Part shown: piece by piece, positions 18,164 through 29,385 of the stretch
Numbering within the stretch: the first letter of the stretch is position 1
Layout of the letters: the number at the start of each line of letters is the position of its first letter
Source: Candidatus Krumholzibacteriota bacterium
Lineage (GTDB): Bacteria > Krumholzibacteriota > Krumholzibacteriia > JAJRXK01
Reading direction: 5' to 3'
Length of the DNA stretch: 64,000 nt
NCBI GenBank assembly: GCA_963727455.1
Contig: CAVSGG010000008.1
Span: 64,001 to 128,000, forward strand
Translations under genes and position numbers: made by a program
Notes under the pieces: model-generated
What the model saw: only the letters and a program-made list of their open reading frames with translations
What the model was told of the DNA's origin: nothing
Databases searched by the model: none

Positions 18164-20584
18164 TCAGCGGATGATCGTCAGCTTACCTACCCTCTCCCCT
18201 CCCTGCGCGTTCGTAATTCTCCAGATATACACGCCACTGACGACCTCTCGGCCCCTGGAGTTCTTGGTGTCCCAGACGATGGTCCCTCGCTGTTCGCCGC
18301 TCACAACCTCGTTGCTCAGCTCGGTCACGAGGTCCCCGGCCAAGGTGAAGATCTCCGCCTTGGAGTTCAGAGAAACGTTGACAAAGTGAATCGAGGACCC
18401 ACCCGTCTCATCCCAGCCCGCGTTGCGACGGAGTGGATTGGGAACGACCCAGATTTTCGAGAGATCGGGAGAGACCTTCTTGCTGACGGTAAATACCGTA
18501 TCGTTGTAGTTGCCGGGGAGAATTTGGTCCTGTGCCTGGGGCGATGACTCGTATTCCGAGCGAGGCGAGAACTCCATATCCCGATCCAAACCGCGGGGAC
18601 TGATATTGCCGACGAAACCGTAATCGAAGGTACTCACCGCGTAGTGATAGGTGAAGCCATCGTAAATGTCCCGATCGAAGAAGCTCACGCGACCAGTAGC
18701 ATCGTTGAAACTGAAACAGTTCGAGCGCTTGTCCGCGAAACAACCAGCGATGATCCGCGGGTTCTCCGCGTCGCACGGAGTCGAATAGCAAAATTCAGGA
18801 TTGTTTCGATCGTAGAGGCCGATCAGCTCCCAGAGAGGCTCCTTGCTATTGGGCACGAACTTCACCGAGCGCCAGACTGCGTACCCTTGGAAGGTCTGTG
18901 CTCGGATCGAAAAGCTATCTCCTTGACGCAATAATCCGTTGCTGTCCGCGGTGTCGGCGACCATGAATCTCATAATGAGACCTACGTCGGCGTTTCGTAG
19001 ACTCTGAGCCGATGCGGTCACGTCAATGGTGTCCGTGAGTGGAATAGGCGCCCCCGGCTCGTAGATTCCACCACCCCGGCTACCTAGAATCAGCTCCCCA
19101 GGTCGAGCCGGATTGAAGGCCAGATCTCCCACCTGAGAAGTAACCGGTGCAACGGTGAGTTCATCGTAGAGAAGTGTCCAGAGCTCACCACCATCGATGG
19201 AGTGGAGAATACCGCTCTCGGGAGTCGCCATGAAAAGCTCGCTGGGATTCGACTCGCTTTGGATGATTTTCCGCAAAGATGGGACCGGGCCATTCGTTCC
19301 TGGCGGCAAAAACGAGTTGGAGTCTGACCAACTCAAGCCGCCATCCTCGCTGATGAACAGACCTCGCGACGAAGAGGCAGCCAGAAGCCGCTGAGAATTG
19401 CTTCTGTCGATAAGCAAGTTTCGTATGCTCACCTTACGGCCGGAAGGATATTGAGTACTCGGGTTGAGGACCATGCCCCCATCCCTGCGCTCCCAGCTCG
19501 CCCCCCCATCTGTCGTTGCGTAAACGCCCCAACTCTGCAGGGCCACGTAAATGAGGTCGGGATCGCTCGGAGAACTCGCGACGTCGTAAACTTGGGGCAG
19601 AGCGACTTGAGCAGAATCGGGGCTCGTCGCGGTGGGGCGAGGCACCAGCAAAGACGAGAGGAGACTCCAAGTGTCGCCGTTATCCGTGCTCTCGAAGAAA
19701 CCCAGACCGTTGAGGGAAAGGAAGAGGCGTCCCGTCCTCCCTTCGTACTTGATCAAGCTTACCTCTTGCTTACCACTCGAGATACTCTTGCCGATACGCT
19801 CGAAGCTTGCCCCAGAATCGGTGGATCGGAAGAGGCCGTCGCTGGTCCCCACGAGGATACGATCGGCATTGTCTGGATCCACCGCAATCGAGGAACCGGT
19901 AGCACCTGCACCCTTCAGTTGATCCAAAAGGGGATCGTTCGACGAGCTCAGCGTCACGCGCCAGCTCGCTGTCCCGTCGTCACTGCGCAAGACTGGAACC
20001 CCGGGAACGACGGCGTAGACACGTGTGTTACCCTGACCATCGGACCAAGTACCGATCGCATCGATATTGGTGCGACTCAGTGACTTGGGAATCCCCTGAT
20101 TCGCTTGGCTGGCGACACCCGAGCTGAGATCGACCCGAAAAACACCCCCCGAGTTGGACAAATTCAAAGAGCCTTGGAGGTAGCCCTCCGTCACTGATTC
20201 GCTCTTCCAGATCACCGAGAGCAAATCCACGCTCGGATCCCCCACGATTCCCCGACCCACGACGATGAAGTCGATATCGCGGTCGGAGTCCAAATTGTAG
20301 CTTCCTTCCACCGTGGGCACGAACTCCGTCAGAGCATCGGCACCGGTCATTACGTAACAGGCTGTGCTGTCAGTTGGCTGCGGCTGCCAACTGAGTTGAT
20401 TGCCTTCCACCGGCGCGGCCTGGAAATCGATGGTGAGATCCAATGGCGACCGCAGCTGCAGGAAGTCCCGACAGCCGCCCTGCGCACTCGCGGCGCTCGG
20501 AGCCAAGAGACATAGTACGCCGATCAAACTCAGGGCTGAGAGTCGGACTCGGGGAAACGTGAGGTGCATGCTACTACTCTTCAC
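18164..20584 (-). CDS. Secreted BNR/Asp-box (VPS10/sialidase-like) beta-propeller protein with T9SS/FlgD-like C-terminal domain
   Basis: Signal peptide; repeated S.D.G.(S/T)W boxes; C-terminal VVPNP...IFTLAGDLV...WDTKN..G..VVSGVYIW. Start 20584 (GTG) or 20569 (ATG). Confidence 0.8.
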   Translation of the reverse strand: MKSSSMHLTFPRVRLSALSLIGVLCLLAPSAASAQGGCRDFLQLRSPLDLTIDFQAAPVEGNQLSWQPQPTDSTACYVMTGADALTEFVPTVEGSYNLDSDRDIDFIVVGRGIVGDPSVDLLSVIWKSESVTEGYLQGSLNLSNSGGVFRVDLSSGVASQANQGIPKSLSRTNIDAIGTWSDGQGNTRVYAVVPGVPVLRSDDGTASWRVTLSSSNDPLLDQLKGAGATGSSIAVDPDNADRILVGTSDGLFRSTDSGASFERIGKSISSGKQEVSLIKYEGRTGRLFLSLNGLGFFESTDNGDTWSLLSSLLVPRPTATSPDSAQVALPQVYDVASSPSDPDLIYVALQSWGVYATTDGGASWERRDGGMVLNPSTQYPSGRKVSIRNLLIDRSNSQRLLAASSSRGLFISEDGGLSWSDSNSFLPPGTNGPVPSLRKIIQSESNPSELFMATPESGILHSIDGGELWTLLYDELTVAPVTSQVGDLAFNPARPGELILGSRGGGIYEPGAPIPLTDTIDVTASAQSLRNADVGLIMRFMVADTADSNGLLRQGDSFSIRAQTFQGYAVWRSVKFVPNSKEPLWELIGLYDRNNPEFCYSTPCDAENPRIIAGCFADKRSNCFSFNDATGRVSFFDRDIYDGFTYHYAVSTFDYGFVGNISPRGLDRDMEFSPRSEYESSPQAQDQILPGNYNDTVFTVSKKVSPDLSKIWVVPNPLRRNAGWDETGGSSIHFVNVSLNSKAEIFTLAGDLVTELSNEVVSGEQRGTIVWDTKNSRGREVVSGVYIWRITNAQGGERVGKLTIIR

Positions 20585-20603
20585 CGATCCATCTTCCTCG
20601 GGT

Positions 20604-22943
20604 TTAGTTCGAAACGTTGATGTTCCAGTTCTGCCCGATGATCCAGAGCAGAGCGTTTTCCACATGATCCAGGTCGAAAGCCAGCGGATTGAATCCCCAA
20701 AGAAAGTCCTGCGATCCCGGCAGCTGCTTGTAAGGTGAGTACACATTGCTAACGATGCCGACCGCTGCCCCGTCCAGGGGAGAGTCCTCCCTGCCGTAAG
20801 GCTCGCACGAATTCTTGGGGTCAGAAACGATAGGATCCCCCGCCAAGGCCGTGCCTGCCGGCCAGACCTCGTCTCTCGCGGCTCGATGCACATACATGGC
20901 CATCTGGCAATCGCGCGGGATGAGAGTGACTTCCCGCGCGGGAGCAATGTTGCGGTTGTAGAACTCTTCCCACTGGTAGCGATAGAAGGTCAGACCAATG
21001 GGTAGGCCGTTCGATTGGGGAAGCCGTGGTGAATCTGCCTTGGACACCAGATCCTGAACGATTCCCTGCGCGCTCGGATACTGTTCCAGAAATTTCGGAT
21101 CGACTTCGGCCCGGAACAGGTAGTCACAATTCAACTGGCTGGTTCTCGGATTCCCGGGTCCCTCGCCAGTCCGACCGTTACTGACGGGCCTCACATGGTC
21201 ACTGGCCTCCAGACACCATCCGCTATAAGGCCAACGCTGGGTCCCGGCCGGTGTACACACCCCTTCGCTGGAGATAGAGGTGCAACCCAGTCCCAGGGGC
21301 GGTCTCTCCTCGGTATTGTAGATAAATGGATACTCCAGCGTGACCTTCTCGATGGCACCCTCCGTGGCGTAGGGGCCCACTAGGAGGAGGTTTCCGATCT
21401 TGGACTGATAGACTTCGAGCCAATTGTATCTTGGCCCATTGCCGGTGGGACGCAACTTCGTGGCAAACCCCGTGTCGTTACTCGTTCCCTGAATGAACCA
21501 GATCACCGATTTATAGCGGTTGATCAGCCGGAAATCCACGTCCACACCCCTGACGTAGTCCACCGAGGGATCGAAACCCGCGACTTTTCCTGCCAGCATG
21601 CTCTCCCACTGCGCGCGCCAAGCTATGGCATGAGAATCGTCCGTGAGCAAGTCGTAGTCGCTGACGAAGAGGAGATTTAGCTGTTGCGAACGTGGGGTGA
21701 TCTGGACGACCTCAAATTGAAAAGTTCCACGCGAAATGGACCCCGAGTTGTCGCGGCACTGCACGATGAAGTTCGGACTGCCTTGCTGAAAGGAACGGGT
21801 CGGAGCGCGCAAATAGCTGCTCCCCTTGCCCCAAGGCACCGCCCAACCCGGGTCATTCTCGTCGTTCACGTCCTGGACCTCCCAGCCATATCGATAGGCG
21901 TCGATAATGCCGGCATAGCTGGTAGCATCCGCGTACCAGCGGAAGTTCAGCGGTTGTCCGGCAGCGATCTCGAAGGTCTTCAGTAGATTGGTACCGCCGA
22001 ACGATGAGCTCCCCAGGAACTGATCCGTCACGACCAACGAGGGGAACTTGCCCCGCGAAATCTGCACATGGCGTACGTTGGTCCCCCACTGTAAAGTGGG
22101 AGTCACCGCTCCCGCCACATCCTTGGCTTGCACCGCGAAGAAGTACGACTCTCCGACGTCCTTGACGGGAAAGGTCACCACTCTCCCACTGTCGTCGGCC
22201 GCGTCGTACGCGATCCAATCGCTCCAGTGGCCGTTGAAGATCTTGGCCGGATCGAGGGTCTCATAGACGAACCGAGTCAGGCAGGTATCCGGCCCCAAGT
22301 CTGGCTCCATCACGTCGCGCGTGTTGACCAGCGCGTAGCGAACCGCCGCCGGGTCCTTGGCGAGATTGTCCGGGTCGTTTCCCTCCCAGCCAAAGGTCAA
22401 TGCACGCGCGGAGGCCACACAGACGATCGAGTTATTGGACTTGGGAAGAGTGATGTTGATGGTTGGCGAAAGGGTCGTGGCAGTGAATGAGACCATCGCT
22501 GGGGTGGCATCAGCCATGCCGAGGTTATCCACCGCTCGCACGAAGAAGGTATGCGTTTGCCAATAACGGAAGTCCTTGGGATCGGTAATCTGGGGGTTGT
22601 CGACGTCGGTCTGGAACAAGGCGATATCCGCGCTTACCGAGAAGGTGGAATCGGTCACTACGGTGGAATGCCATGCGAGTCCCAGAGTGTCTGCCTGGTC
22701 CACAAAGCCATCTCTGCCGTTGTCGCTGATGCGCCATTCGAAGTGGTCCACCCAGCCGTCATTATCCAGCCCGGTCCAGAAGAACTTCACCGTAAAGGAG
22801 GTCTCTTCAAGAGCGGGGGGGGTCGCCGTCACTCGGGTATCGGGGGGTTGATTCGCCGTCACTGTACCTTCGAAGCCGCTCTGGCAGGCGCTGATTCCCA
22901 GCGCTGTTAGCAGTGACAGAGTTAGGCAGATTAGTTTCTTCAT
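20604..22943 (-). CDS. Large uncharacterised lipoprotein (Ig/FN3-like modules)
   Basis: MKKLICLTLSLLTALGISA-C lipobox; NQPPDTRVT..P, F.W.G.D.DG.V..F and HTFFVRAVDN.G..D.TPA motifs; GGAGG RBS. Confidence 0.8.
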   Translation of the reverse strand: MKKLICLTLSLLTALGISACQSGFEGTVTANQPPDTRVTATPPALEETSFTVKFFWTGLDNDGWVDHFEWRISDNGRDGFVDQADTLGLAWHSTVVTDSTFSVSADIALFQTDVDNPQITDPKDFRYWQTHTFFVRAVDNLGMADATPAMVSFTATTLSPTINITLPKSNNSIVCVASARALTFGWEGNDPDNLAKDPAAVRYALVNTRDVMEPDLGPDTCLTRFVYETLDPAKIFNGHWSDWIAYDAADDSGRVVTFPVKDVGESYFFAVQAKDVAGAVTPTLQWGTNVRHVQISRGKFPSLVVTDQFLGSSSFGGTNLLKTFEIAAGQPLNFRWYADATSYAGIIDAYRYGWEVQDVNDENDPGWAVPWGKGSSYLRAPTRSFQQGSPNFIVQCRDNSGSISRGTFQFEVVQITPRSQQLNLLFVSDYDLLTDDSHAIAWRAQWESMLAGKVAGFDPSVDYVRGVDVDFRLINRYKSVIWFIQGTSNDTGFATKLRPTGNGPRYNWLEVYQSKIGNLLLVGPYATEGAIEKVTLEYPFIYNTEERPPLGLGCTSISSEGVCTPAGTQRWPYSGWCLEASDHVRPVSNGRTGEGPGNPRTSQLNCDYLFRAEVDPKFLEQYPSAQGIVQDLVSKADSPRLPQSNGLPIGLTFYRYQWEEFYNRNIAPAREVTLIPRDCQMAMYVHRAARDEVWPAGTALAGDPIVSDPKNSCEPYGREDSPLDGAAVGIVSNVYSPYKQLPGSQDFLWGFNPLAFDLDHVENALLWIIGQNWNINVSN

Positions 22944-23029
22944 TGCACCCCTCCCGCACTGGGCAGGCATGATCGTTTCTGGGGGGTCGGGATTCGTTTT
23001 CGCGAGATATCGAGGCCTCCGCTCGACGC

Positions 23030-25261
23030 TCAATTGTCCGGCATATAGTCGTCCGGCGGCCAGAGCTGGGTGATCACGCCGGTGCCTCCCGGATCCAGTC
23101 CGAGGTAGGCGGGGAATACCGTCTCGACGATCTTCGAACGTCTACCCTTGTCGGACATCGGTATGTCGACCGTATTGCTACCGCAGCTTTCTCTCACGCG
23201 GAGGTAGCAGTACTGAAACACCTGACCGACTTTGGTCGTCTTCCCCTGAACTCGCAGATGAAGATGCCCGAGCTGGCGTGCCAGCACCACTCCCAACTTG
23301 TAGAACTGCCCCTCGGATGTCGTATCCGTTCCCTTCGCGAAGAGTTGCGGGGCACGCCATAGAAGCTGGGGAACGAAGATCTCGACTCCCTTGCCTGGCA
23401 CGCCGGCGCTCATTTCCCAGAAGTTGCTGGTCCCCGGGGACTCCCAGCGCCCGAACACGTCGCGTCCGGCCCCTTCTTTCGTTTGATTCAGCGGATCGTT
23501 CTCGCTGTTGAGCTGGTAAGTCCAGGATTCCAGCGAACCCTCCGGTTCACGCGCATCGGGGCGTCCCTCGAAGCGTACCGAGAAACGGATGATGTTCCCC
23601 TGGATCGCTCTCCAACTATCATCCTCTTTGGTCGCGGAGAAGACGTACTTCGAGCCATCCCAGTAGCGCACCGTGCCTTCCGGCGGATTATCCAGATTCA
23701 CGGTGTAATCCACGGTGTTCGCGGGCCAACGTTGCGTCGCAAAGGCCGGCTCCTTGATCACGAGACTGTCCGCGTTACCGGGAGAGACCGAACTGAGAAT
23801 CGGGATGAAGCCCGCCACGAAACTGAATGTGGGAGGCGAAGGATCCTTACGGAGAAGTTCGTCCTCGGTGCGAAACGACATGGAGTAATCGAAGGGCCCT
23901 ACGTGAAAACCAAGCGTGTCTGGACGTTCGGCCGGACTATAGGAGGACTTCCAGTAAAAATTCGCTCCGCGATCATTCACCGCACGCGCTTCTTCGATCC
24001 TCGTCTGGTAACTGACCTCGCTATCGGGATTGGAACTCACGTTCGGGTAGTCGCAACAAGGCAGGCCGGCAAGCAGGGGATCGTTACGATTCCGCTCGAA
24101 ACGGTCCACCCCTCGCTGCTTGAACTGCACGTAGGACTTGTCTGGTACCGTATCCCCTTCGCTGAAATTGAGCCAGTTGACGCCGTCCGTCGTGTACCTC
24201 GGCCACTGCGAGTCCCTGATCAACTCGGTTTCGGGCGGATAATTCACGTTGAAACGCAATTCTCCCGAGAGAGCCGTGCTCTGCACCAGTGCCTCATCCA
24301 GCGCCACGACCTTCAACAGATGGAAGCCAGAGTCCCACATGCGGAGTTCGGGACAATCGCCCCAGCCCGAGTTACAGCCCGAAGGGAGGTTATTAGGATC
24401 GATATTCTCGTCGTTCTGGTAGTCAAAACACGTGGTGTCCAGACCCCAACTCTCCACTTCGCGGCCGAGATCCGGATCGTAGGTCGTCGGATAGAACCTG
24501 GCATTCTGGATGTCCGACGCCTTATAGCGATACCCGGTAATGGCTCCGTTCGGTGATGAAGCCTCCCAGCAAATGCGGAAGTGATTGGCGAAACCGATGT
24601 AGGGCTCATCCGTGGACTCCGGCGAAATTACATTCGGATCGGGAGCCCAGGGCCAAATCGTGTCCCCGGAAAGCTTCGGGCCATCAGTGGTGCCTACCCA
24701 ACGCTCCGTCTCCTGACCGGACTCATCGATGGTTGTGACAGAAAAGCGAATGACCGGATTCCCCAGGCTGTTGTTGAAAAAGTGCAAGCGAGCTGGAGTC
24801 GGATCGATTGCCCCCCTATCGTCCACTGCTACGATATGGAAGGTAATGTCCTTGGAAGTGTTGGACTCTCGATCGATGGTGAAGACGAAGACCGAATCGG
24901 TCTTGGTGGTGTAGCCAACGATCCTCCCGTCTGTCTGCCTCAAGGTGAGCGCGTCGTCGGCGGGATCGAAGCGGACATCTTCCTCGTCGACGTTCGGTTG
25001 AGTCTCGTCCCGCACCGTGGAATCGGTGATCGCGAAGATGAACTTCACTACCTCTCCGTCTACGTCATTCCCATACCAATACATGTGCCGGTTGAACACC
25101 GTTCCGGTGGTCTCCGCCGGAGCCCCGGTTATGAAGGTGTCGGGAGGAATGTTGACGATGATCGGTTCGGGGTCGAAGGCCCGGCACCCGTAGAAGACCA
25201 CGAGAAAAAGCAGCAGCAAGAGTGCCGCGGAGGCAAATCTTGATTCGATTCGGCGTACCAT
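23030..25261 (-). CDS. Large uncharacterised lipoprotein, paralogous to the adjacent one
   Basis: VFYG-C lipobox; NIPPDTFIT..P, W.G.D.DG.V..F and FHIVAVDD.G..DPTPA motifs shared with 20604..22943. Confidence 0.8.
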   Translation of the reverse strand: MVRRIESRFASAALLLLLFLVVFYGCRAFDPEPIIVNIPPDTFITGAPAETTGTVFNRHMYWYGNDVDGEVVKFIFAITDSTVRDETQPNVDEEDVRFDPADDALTLRQTDGRIVGYTTKTDSVFVFTIDRESNTSKDITFHIVAVDDRGAIDPTPARLHFFNNSLGNPVIRFSVTTIDESGQETERWVGTTDGPKLSGDTIWPWAPDPNVISPESTDEPYIGFANHFRICWEASSPNGAITGYRYKASDIQNARFYPTTYDPDLGREVESWGLDTTCFDYQNDENIDPNNLPSGCNSGWGDCPELRMWDSGFHLLKVVALDEALVQSTALSGELRFNVNYPPETELIRDSQWPRYTTDGVNWLNFSEGDTVPDKSYVQFKQRGVDRFERNRNDPLLAGLPCCDYPNVSSNPDSEVSYQTRIEEARAVNDRGANFYWKSSYSPAERPDTLGFHVGPFDYSMSFRTEDELLRKDPSPPTFSFVAGFIPILSSVSPGNADSLVIKEPAFATQRWPANTVDYTVNLDNPPEGTVRYWDGSKYVFSATKEDDSWRAIQGNIIRFSVRFEGRPDAREPEGSLESWTYQLNSENDPLNQTKEGAGRDVFGRWESPGTSNFWEMSAGVPGKGVEIFVPQLLWRAPQLFAKGTDTTSEGQFYKLGVVLARQLGHLHLRVQGKTTKVGQVFQYCYLRVRESCGSNTVDIPMSDKGRRSKIVETVFPAYLGLDPGGTGVITQLWPPDDYMPDN

Positions 25262-25390
25262 AGACTTCCCCGAGCCCCTCGGCTATGACCCCAGCAAAGG
25301 GAGCGATTCTAGACTCTTCGATTCACCAATCGGACACCCGGTGGGGGCTGGGTGCGTACAAATCAGGAACTTCCGACTTAAGCCGCTGGA

Positions 25391-25420
25391 AATATAGGGC
25401 TTCGGTCGCGTCACTGTCAA
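25391..25420 (-). promoter_or_regulatory. Sigma70-type promoter of the lipoprotein cluster
   Basis: TTGACA-18 nt-TATATT on the minus strand. Confidence 0.55.
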
Positions 25421-25528
25421 CACCTCCATCCCGCGGGGTGAACGCGGTAAATTCCTTTGCTAACAGTAACTTATACCGGTCGAGGGGCGACCCCCGCCGC
25501 CCCCTTCAAGACGAGGCGGAAAGCCCCT

Positions 25529-27703
25529 TCAATTGGCGGGAAGGCGGCTGAGATCGGCGAAGCGCGCAAAAAGATAGTGCAGGGATTCGAGCCAGTCCAG
25601 GCGCCGCGTCCGCACCCCGGGATCGGGCGCATTCACCAGGACCTCGACGAAATAGCGATCGATGGGCTCTCCCAGGGTTGCCAAGGCCTCGTAGGCGAGA
25701 GTGTAATCGCTGGTGCCGAGCGCCGTCTCGAGCCGCGGTAGGATCCCCTGGGCCGCCTCGACCAGCTTCTGCTCGGCCTCGTCCACCTGCTCGTTCGCGC
25801 GGTAGCTCTTCAACTCCTCCCTCTCCCAACGGGCACGCGACTCACGCTGCAACGACCGCGCCCGCTCCTGGGGCGAGAGCGATTCCTCCTCGAGCCGGTC
25901 CGCTTTCACCAAGATGTTTCGACAGCGCCGCGCCCCTTCGATGAGCATCTGAAAAGTCTCGCTCCCCTGGAGTTTGGCGAGGTCCTCGCTGGCACGAGCA
26001 TTCTCAACCGGGTCCAAAGGAAAGACCGAGAGCACGGCCTGCACGATCTCCACCGGGAGGTCCTGGAGAAGGGTCTCCAGACGGCCCCAGAAGAGGCCGG
26101 TGATCACCGAGGCGGCCTCTCTTACCGTCTCGGGCGGTTGCGAGTAGTTCTTCAGGCTCTTGTCGATCCAGCTCGTGAGATCGCACCGCAATTCGTTCTC
26201 GCTCAAAATTCGAAGAACTGCCAAGGCCTGACGCCGGAGCGCGTAGGGATCCTGGCTCCCGGTGGGAAGGAAACCGGCTAGAACACATCCCGCGAGCGTA
26301 TCGAGCCGGTCGGCCAGGGCGATCACTTGGCCCAACTCGCCCTCGGGAAGCCTATCCTCTGCGAAACGCGGATACAGGTGTTCGGCGATCGCATCTGCCA
26401 CATCCTCGTCCTCGCCGGCGGCCAGGGCATAGTAGCGTCCCATGACTCCCTGGAGTTTGGTGAACTCCTTGCCGTCCTTGATCATCTCGGTGGCCAGATC
26501 GCTTTTGGACAAGAGGCCAGCACGATGGACCTTCTCCTTGGGAAGCTTCGGCCTGAGGACTTCGGCGAGTTCACAGGCGAGCTCTGCCACGCGACGGCAT
26601 TTGTCGCCAACCGAACCAAAGCCCTCGATCCAGACCACAGAGTCCAGTTGCCGCAGCTTTTCTTCGCTGCTCTTGGCAGTGTCCTCGTTCCAGTAGAAGA
26701 CCGCATCTTCCAGACGGGCGCGCAAAACTCGTTCGTTTCCTTCCTTCACGTTCTCGAGGCCTTCGTCCGAGCCGTCTCGGAAGGTGAGGAAGCACGGGAA
26801 GAGCGCGCCCTTCTCCGACTCCACGCTGAAGTACCTCTGATGGGCGCGCATGGCGGTGATGATGACTTCGCGGGGAAGCACTTGGGTCATGGCCGGGTCG
26901 AAATCGCCGCGCACACCGCGCGGATGCTCCGCCAAGTAGACTAACTCTTCGAGGAGTTCGGGATCCTCGTGAACCCGCCCACCGATCTCCTCCGCCAGCC
27001 GGCGCCCCTCGCTCTGGATGAGTTCGCACCGCCGGGACGGCCGAACGATGACCGACGCCTCCGCGAGGCGAGTCTCGTAGGACCCGGCATCGGGCAATTC
27101 CACCCGGCCCCCGTGAAGAGTGCGATGCCCCCGGCTCTCGCGGCCCGCCTCGAGCGAGGCCAGACGCAACGGCACGACCTCCTCGCCCAAAAGACAGACC
27201 AACCAGCGGATGGGCCGCGCATAGCTCAAGTCGTTCCCGCTAATCCAGCGCATCGTCTTGGGAAAACCCAGGTTCACGAAGCGGCGCAAGGGGTCTCCCT
27301 CTTGCAGGAGATCCACGGTTCGCTCACCGCCAAGCTCCTGTTCGATTCCCAGACGCTCTCCCTTTTCCTGTGGAAATCGTCCGAGTTCCTCCACTTTCAC
27401 TCCGACGCTGCGCGCGAATCCCTCCGCCGCTTTGGTCGGTTCTCCCTGTGCATCGAAGGCCGCGCTTACCGAGGGTCCCAGCTTCAAGCTCCTGGTGCGC
27501 GGCGTGGCCAGTGCCACTTCGCGGATCAAGACGGCGATGCGACGCGGCGTAGCAAAGGACTCCATCCGGTCCTTTGGAAAGTCGATCCCCTTTTCCCTTA
27601 GGAAAGAGCTCACCCTCTCGGCCAAAACTTTACGAGCGCGACCGAGATAGCCGGCTGGAATCTCCTCACTGCCGATTTCCAGCAGAAAGTCGCTTCTATC
27701 CAC
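25529..27703 (-). CDS. glyS: Glycine--tRNA ligase beta subunit
   Basis: [37 protein letters not shown] and [12 protein letters not shown]. Confidence 0.97.
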   Translation of the reverse strand: MDRSDFLLEIGSEEIPAGYLGRARKVLAERVSSFLREKGIDFPKDRMESFATPRRIAVLIREVALATPRTRSLKLGPSVSAAFDAQGEPTKAAEGFARSVGVKVEELGRFPQEKGERLGIEQELGGERTVDLLQEGDPLRRFVNLGFPKTMRWISGNDLSYARPIRWLVCLLGEEVVPLRLASLEAGRESRGHRTLHGGRVELPDAGSYETRLAEASVIVRPSRRCELIQSEGRRLAEEIGGRVHEDPELLEELVYLAEHPRGVRGDFDPAMTQVLPREVIITAMRAHQRYFSVESEKGALFPCFLTFRDGSDEGLENVKEGNERVLRARLEDAVFYWNEDTAKSSEEKLRQLDSVVWIEGFGSVGDKCRRVAELACELAEVLRPKLPKEKVHRAGLLSKSDLATEMIKDGKEFTKLQGVMGRYYALAAGEDEDVADAIAEHLYPRFAEDRLPEGELGQVIALADRLDTLAGCVLAGFLPTGSQDPYALRRQALAVLRILSENELRCDLTSWIDKSLKNYSQPPETVREAASVITGLFWGRLETLLQDLPVEIVQAVLSVFPLDPVENARASEDLAKLQGSETFQMLIEGARRCRNILVKADRLEEESLSPQERARSLQRESRARWEREELKSYRANEQVDEAEQKLVEAAQGILPRLETALGTSDYTLAYEALATLGEPIDRYFVEVLVNAPDPGVRTRRLDWLESLHYLFARFADLSRLPAN

Positions 27704-28580
27704 GACCCACCTTCTTCAGCAGAGGAAAACCCATCTCTTCTCGTTTGGCGACGTAGGCTTTTGCGGCCAGACGGGCGAGTCTGCGAACGCGCGCGATATA
27801 GCCCGTGCGCTCCGTGACGCTGATGGCGCCACAGGCTTCCAGCAAATTGAAATAGTGACTGCACTTCGTCACCGCATCGTAGCCGGGAAAGACCAAGCCC
27901 TTCTCCAGGAGGATCTCCGCCTCCTTTTCCCGCTCCTCGAACCAGCGAAAATAGAGTTTGGTGTCGACCCATTTGAAATTGAACTCGCTGAACTCACGCT
28001 CGGATTGACCGTTTACCTCACCCCAGGTGACGCCTCCTCCCCAATTCAGGTCCATGACGTGATTGCAGTCCTGGATGTACATGGCGAGGCGCAGAAGGCC
28101 GTAGGTGAGTTCGCAACTCACCGGTTCCAGCTCCAATCCACCGCACTGCTGGAAATAGGTGAACTGTGTGACCTCCATGCCATCCAGCCAGACTTCCCAG
28201 CCGAGGCCGGCCGCCCCCAGAGTCGGACTTTCCCAGTCGTCCTCCACGAAGCGAACGTCGTGTGCTTTGGGATCGATTCCGATCGCGTCGAGACTGCTGA
28301 GATAGAGATCCTGCACATCTTCTGGTGCCGGCTTGAGCAGAACCTGGTACTGCAGGAACTGCTGCACGCGATTCGGATTCTCTCCGTAGCGGCCGTCCTT
28401 GGGTCGCTTGGAGGGCTCGACGTAGGCTACGCGCCAGGGCTCCGGCCCGAGACATCTCAAGAAAGTGTTGGGATTGAAGGTTCCCGCCCCCACCTCGCTG
28501 TTGTGGGGCTGCACGATGACGCAGCCCTGGGCCATCCAGAACCGTTGCAGTTCGTGGATCATCTCCTGATAGCTCTTCAC
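27696..28580 (-). CDS. glyQ: Glycine--tRNA ligase alpha subunit
   Basis: [35 protein letters not shown] and ELTYGL. The GTG start overlaps the recO stop. Confidence 0.97.
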   Translation of the reverse strand: MKSYQEMIHELQRFWMAQGCVIVQPHNSEVGAGTFNPNTFLRCLGPEPWRVAYVEPSKRPKDGRYGENPNRVQQFLQYQVLLKPAPEDVQDLYLSSLDAIGIDPKAHDVRFVEDDWESPTLGAAGLGWEVWLDGMEVTQFTYFQQCGGLELEPVSCELTYGLLRLAMYIQDCNHVMDLNWGGGVTWGEVNGQSEREFSEFNFKWVDTKLYFRWFEEREKEAEILLEKGLVFPGYDAVTKCSHYFNLLEACGAISVTERTGYIARVRRLARLAAKAYVAKREEMGFPLLKKVGRG

Positions 28581-29359
28581 CGCGCGGCTCCTCGCTCGTC
28601 GTTGGGAACATTGAGCCAGAACAGCGCTTTCGGAATACGGTACTGGGGAAGGTGATAGCTCATATGCAGATGAAGACACTTGCCGATTCGTCTTCGCTGC
28701 TGATCGCTCAACTCCATTGCCTCTTCTCCGTCCAGGATCTCGTCCAAATCTCGCCAGGTGTCCAGTTCCTCGGCGCTCACCCTCTGCCCCTTGCCAAAGC
28801 TACAACGCGGGCAGCTCAGATCACCCTCATTGGGACGAAAGAAGGCGGCGTCGAACTCCTTCAGCGAGGCACTACAGACCCCACACACGTCCAGGTTGAT
28901 CCCCAGTCCCAGATTCCACAAGAGCCGCGTCTCCAGGGCGAAGAACAGGGCTGCCACACTGCGGGAGCCTCCCTCGTGCCAGCGCTGCAAATAGCCGCGA
29001 AAAACCGCGACAACTTTCGCATCCGGTTCCCTCTCCGGAAGCAGACGATCCGCGAGTTCCAGGGCAGCGAGAAGGTAGGAGAGCTTATCCAGGCTGCCGG
29101 CTCCGGTCAAGACGGCCCGGACCAGGCTCGCCTCACTCAGAGTCCAGAGCTCGCGGTCCTTGCGGGGATAAAACAGAAGCTCGACTTCGTTGCCGGGCTG
29201 GAGCACTCCTGTGAGTGGCGAGTTGGGCCGCCGCACACCCTTCGCCACGACCTTGATTTTCCCATGCTCTCTGCTGAGAGCGCTCACGATGCAGGAACTC
29301 TCCCCCAACTTCAAGCTACGGAGAACGACTGCCTCGTCCCGGCATACCGTGCCGCGCAT
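28577..29359 (-). CDS. recO: DNA repair protein RecO
   Basis: [23 protein letters not shown] and a C..C...C..C zinc finger; recO-glyQS synteny. Confidence 0.93.
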   Translation of the reverse strand: MRGTVCRDEAVVLRSLKLGESSCIVSALSREHGKIKVVAKGVRRPNSPLTGVLQPGNEVELLFYPRKDRELWTLSEASLVRAVLTGAGSLDKLSYLLAALELADRLLPEREPDAKVVAVFRGYLQRWHEGGSRSVAALFFALETRLLWNLGLGINLDVCGVCSASLKEFDAAFFRPNEGDLSCPRCSFGKGQRVSAEELDTWRDLDEILDGEEAMELSDQQRRRIGKCLHLHMSYHLPQYRIPKALFWLNVPNDERGAAR

Positions 29360-29385
29360 GATGCCATCTCCTGATGGTCGAAGGC

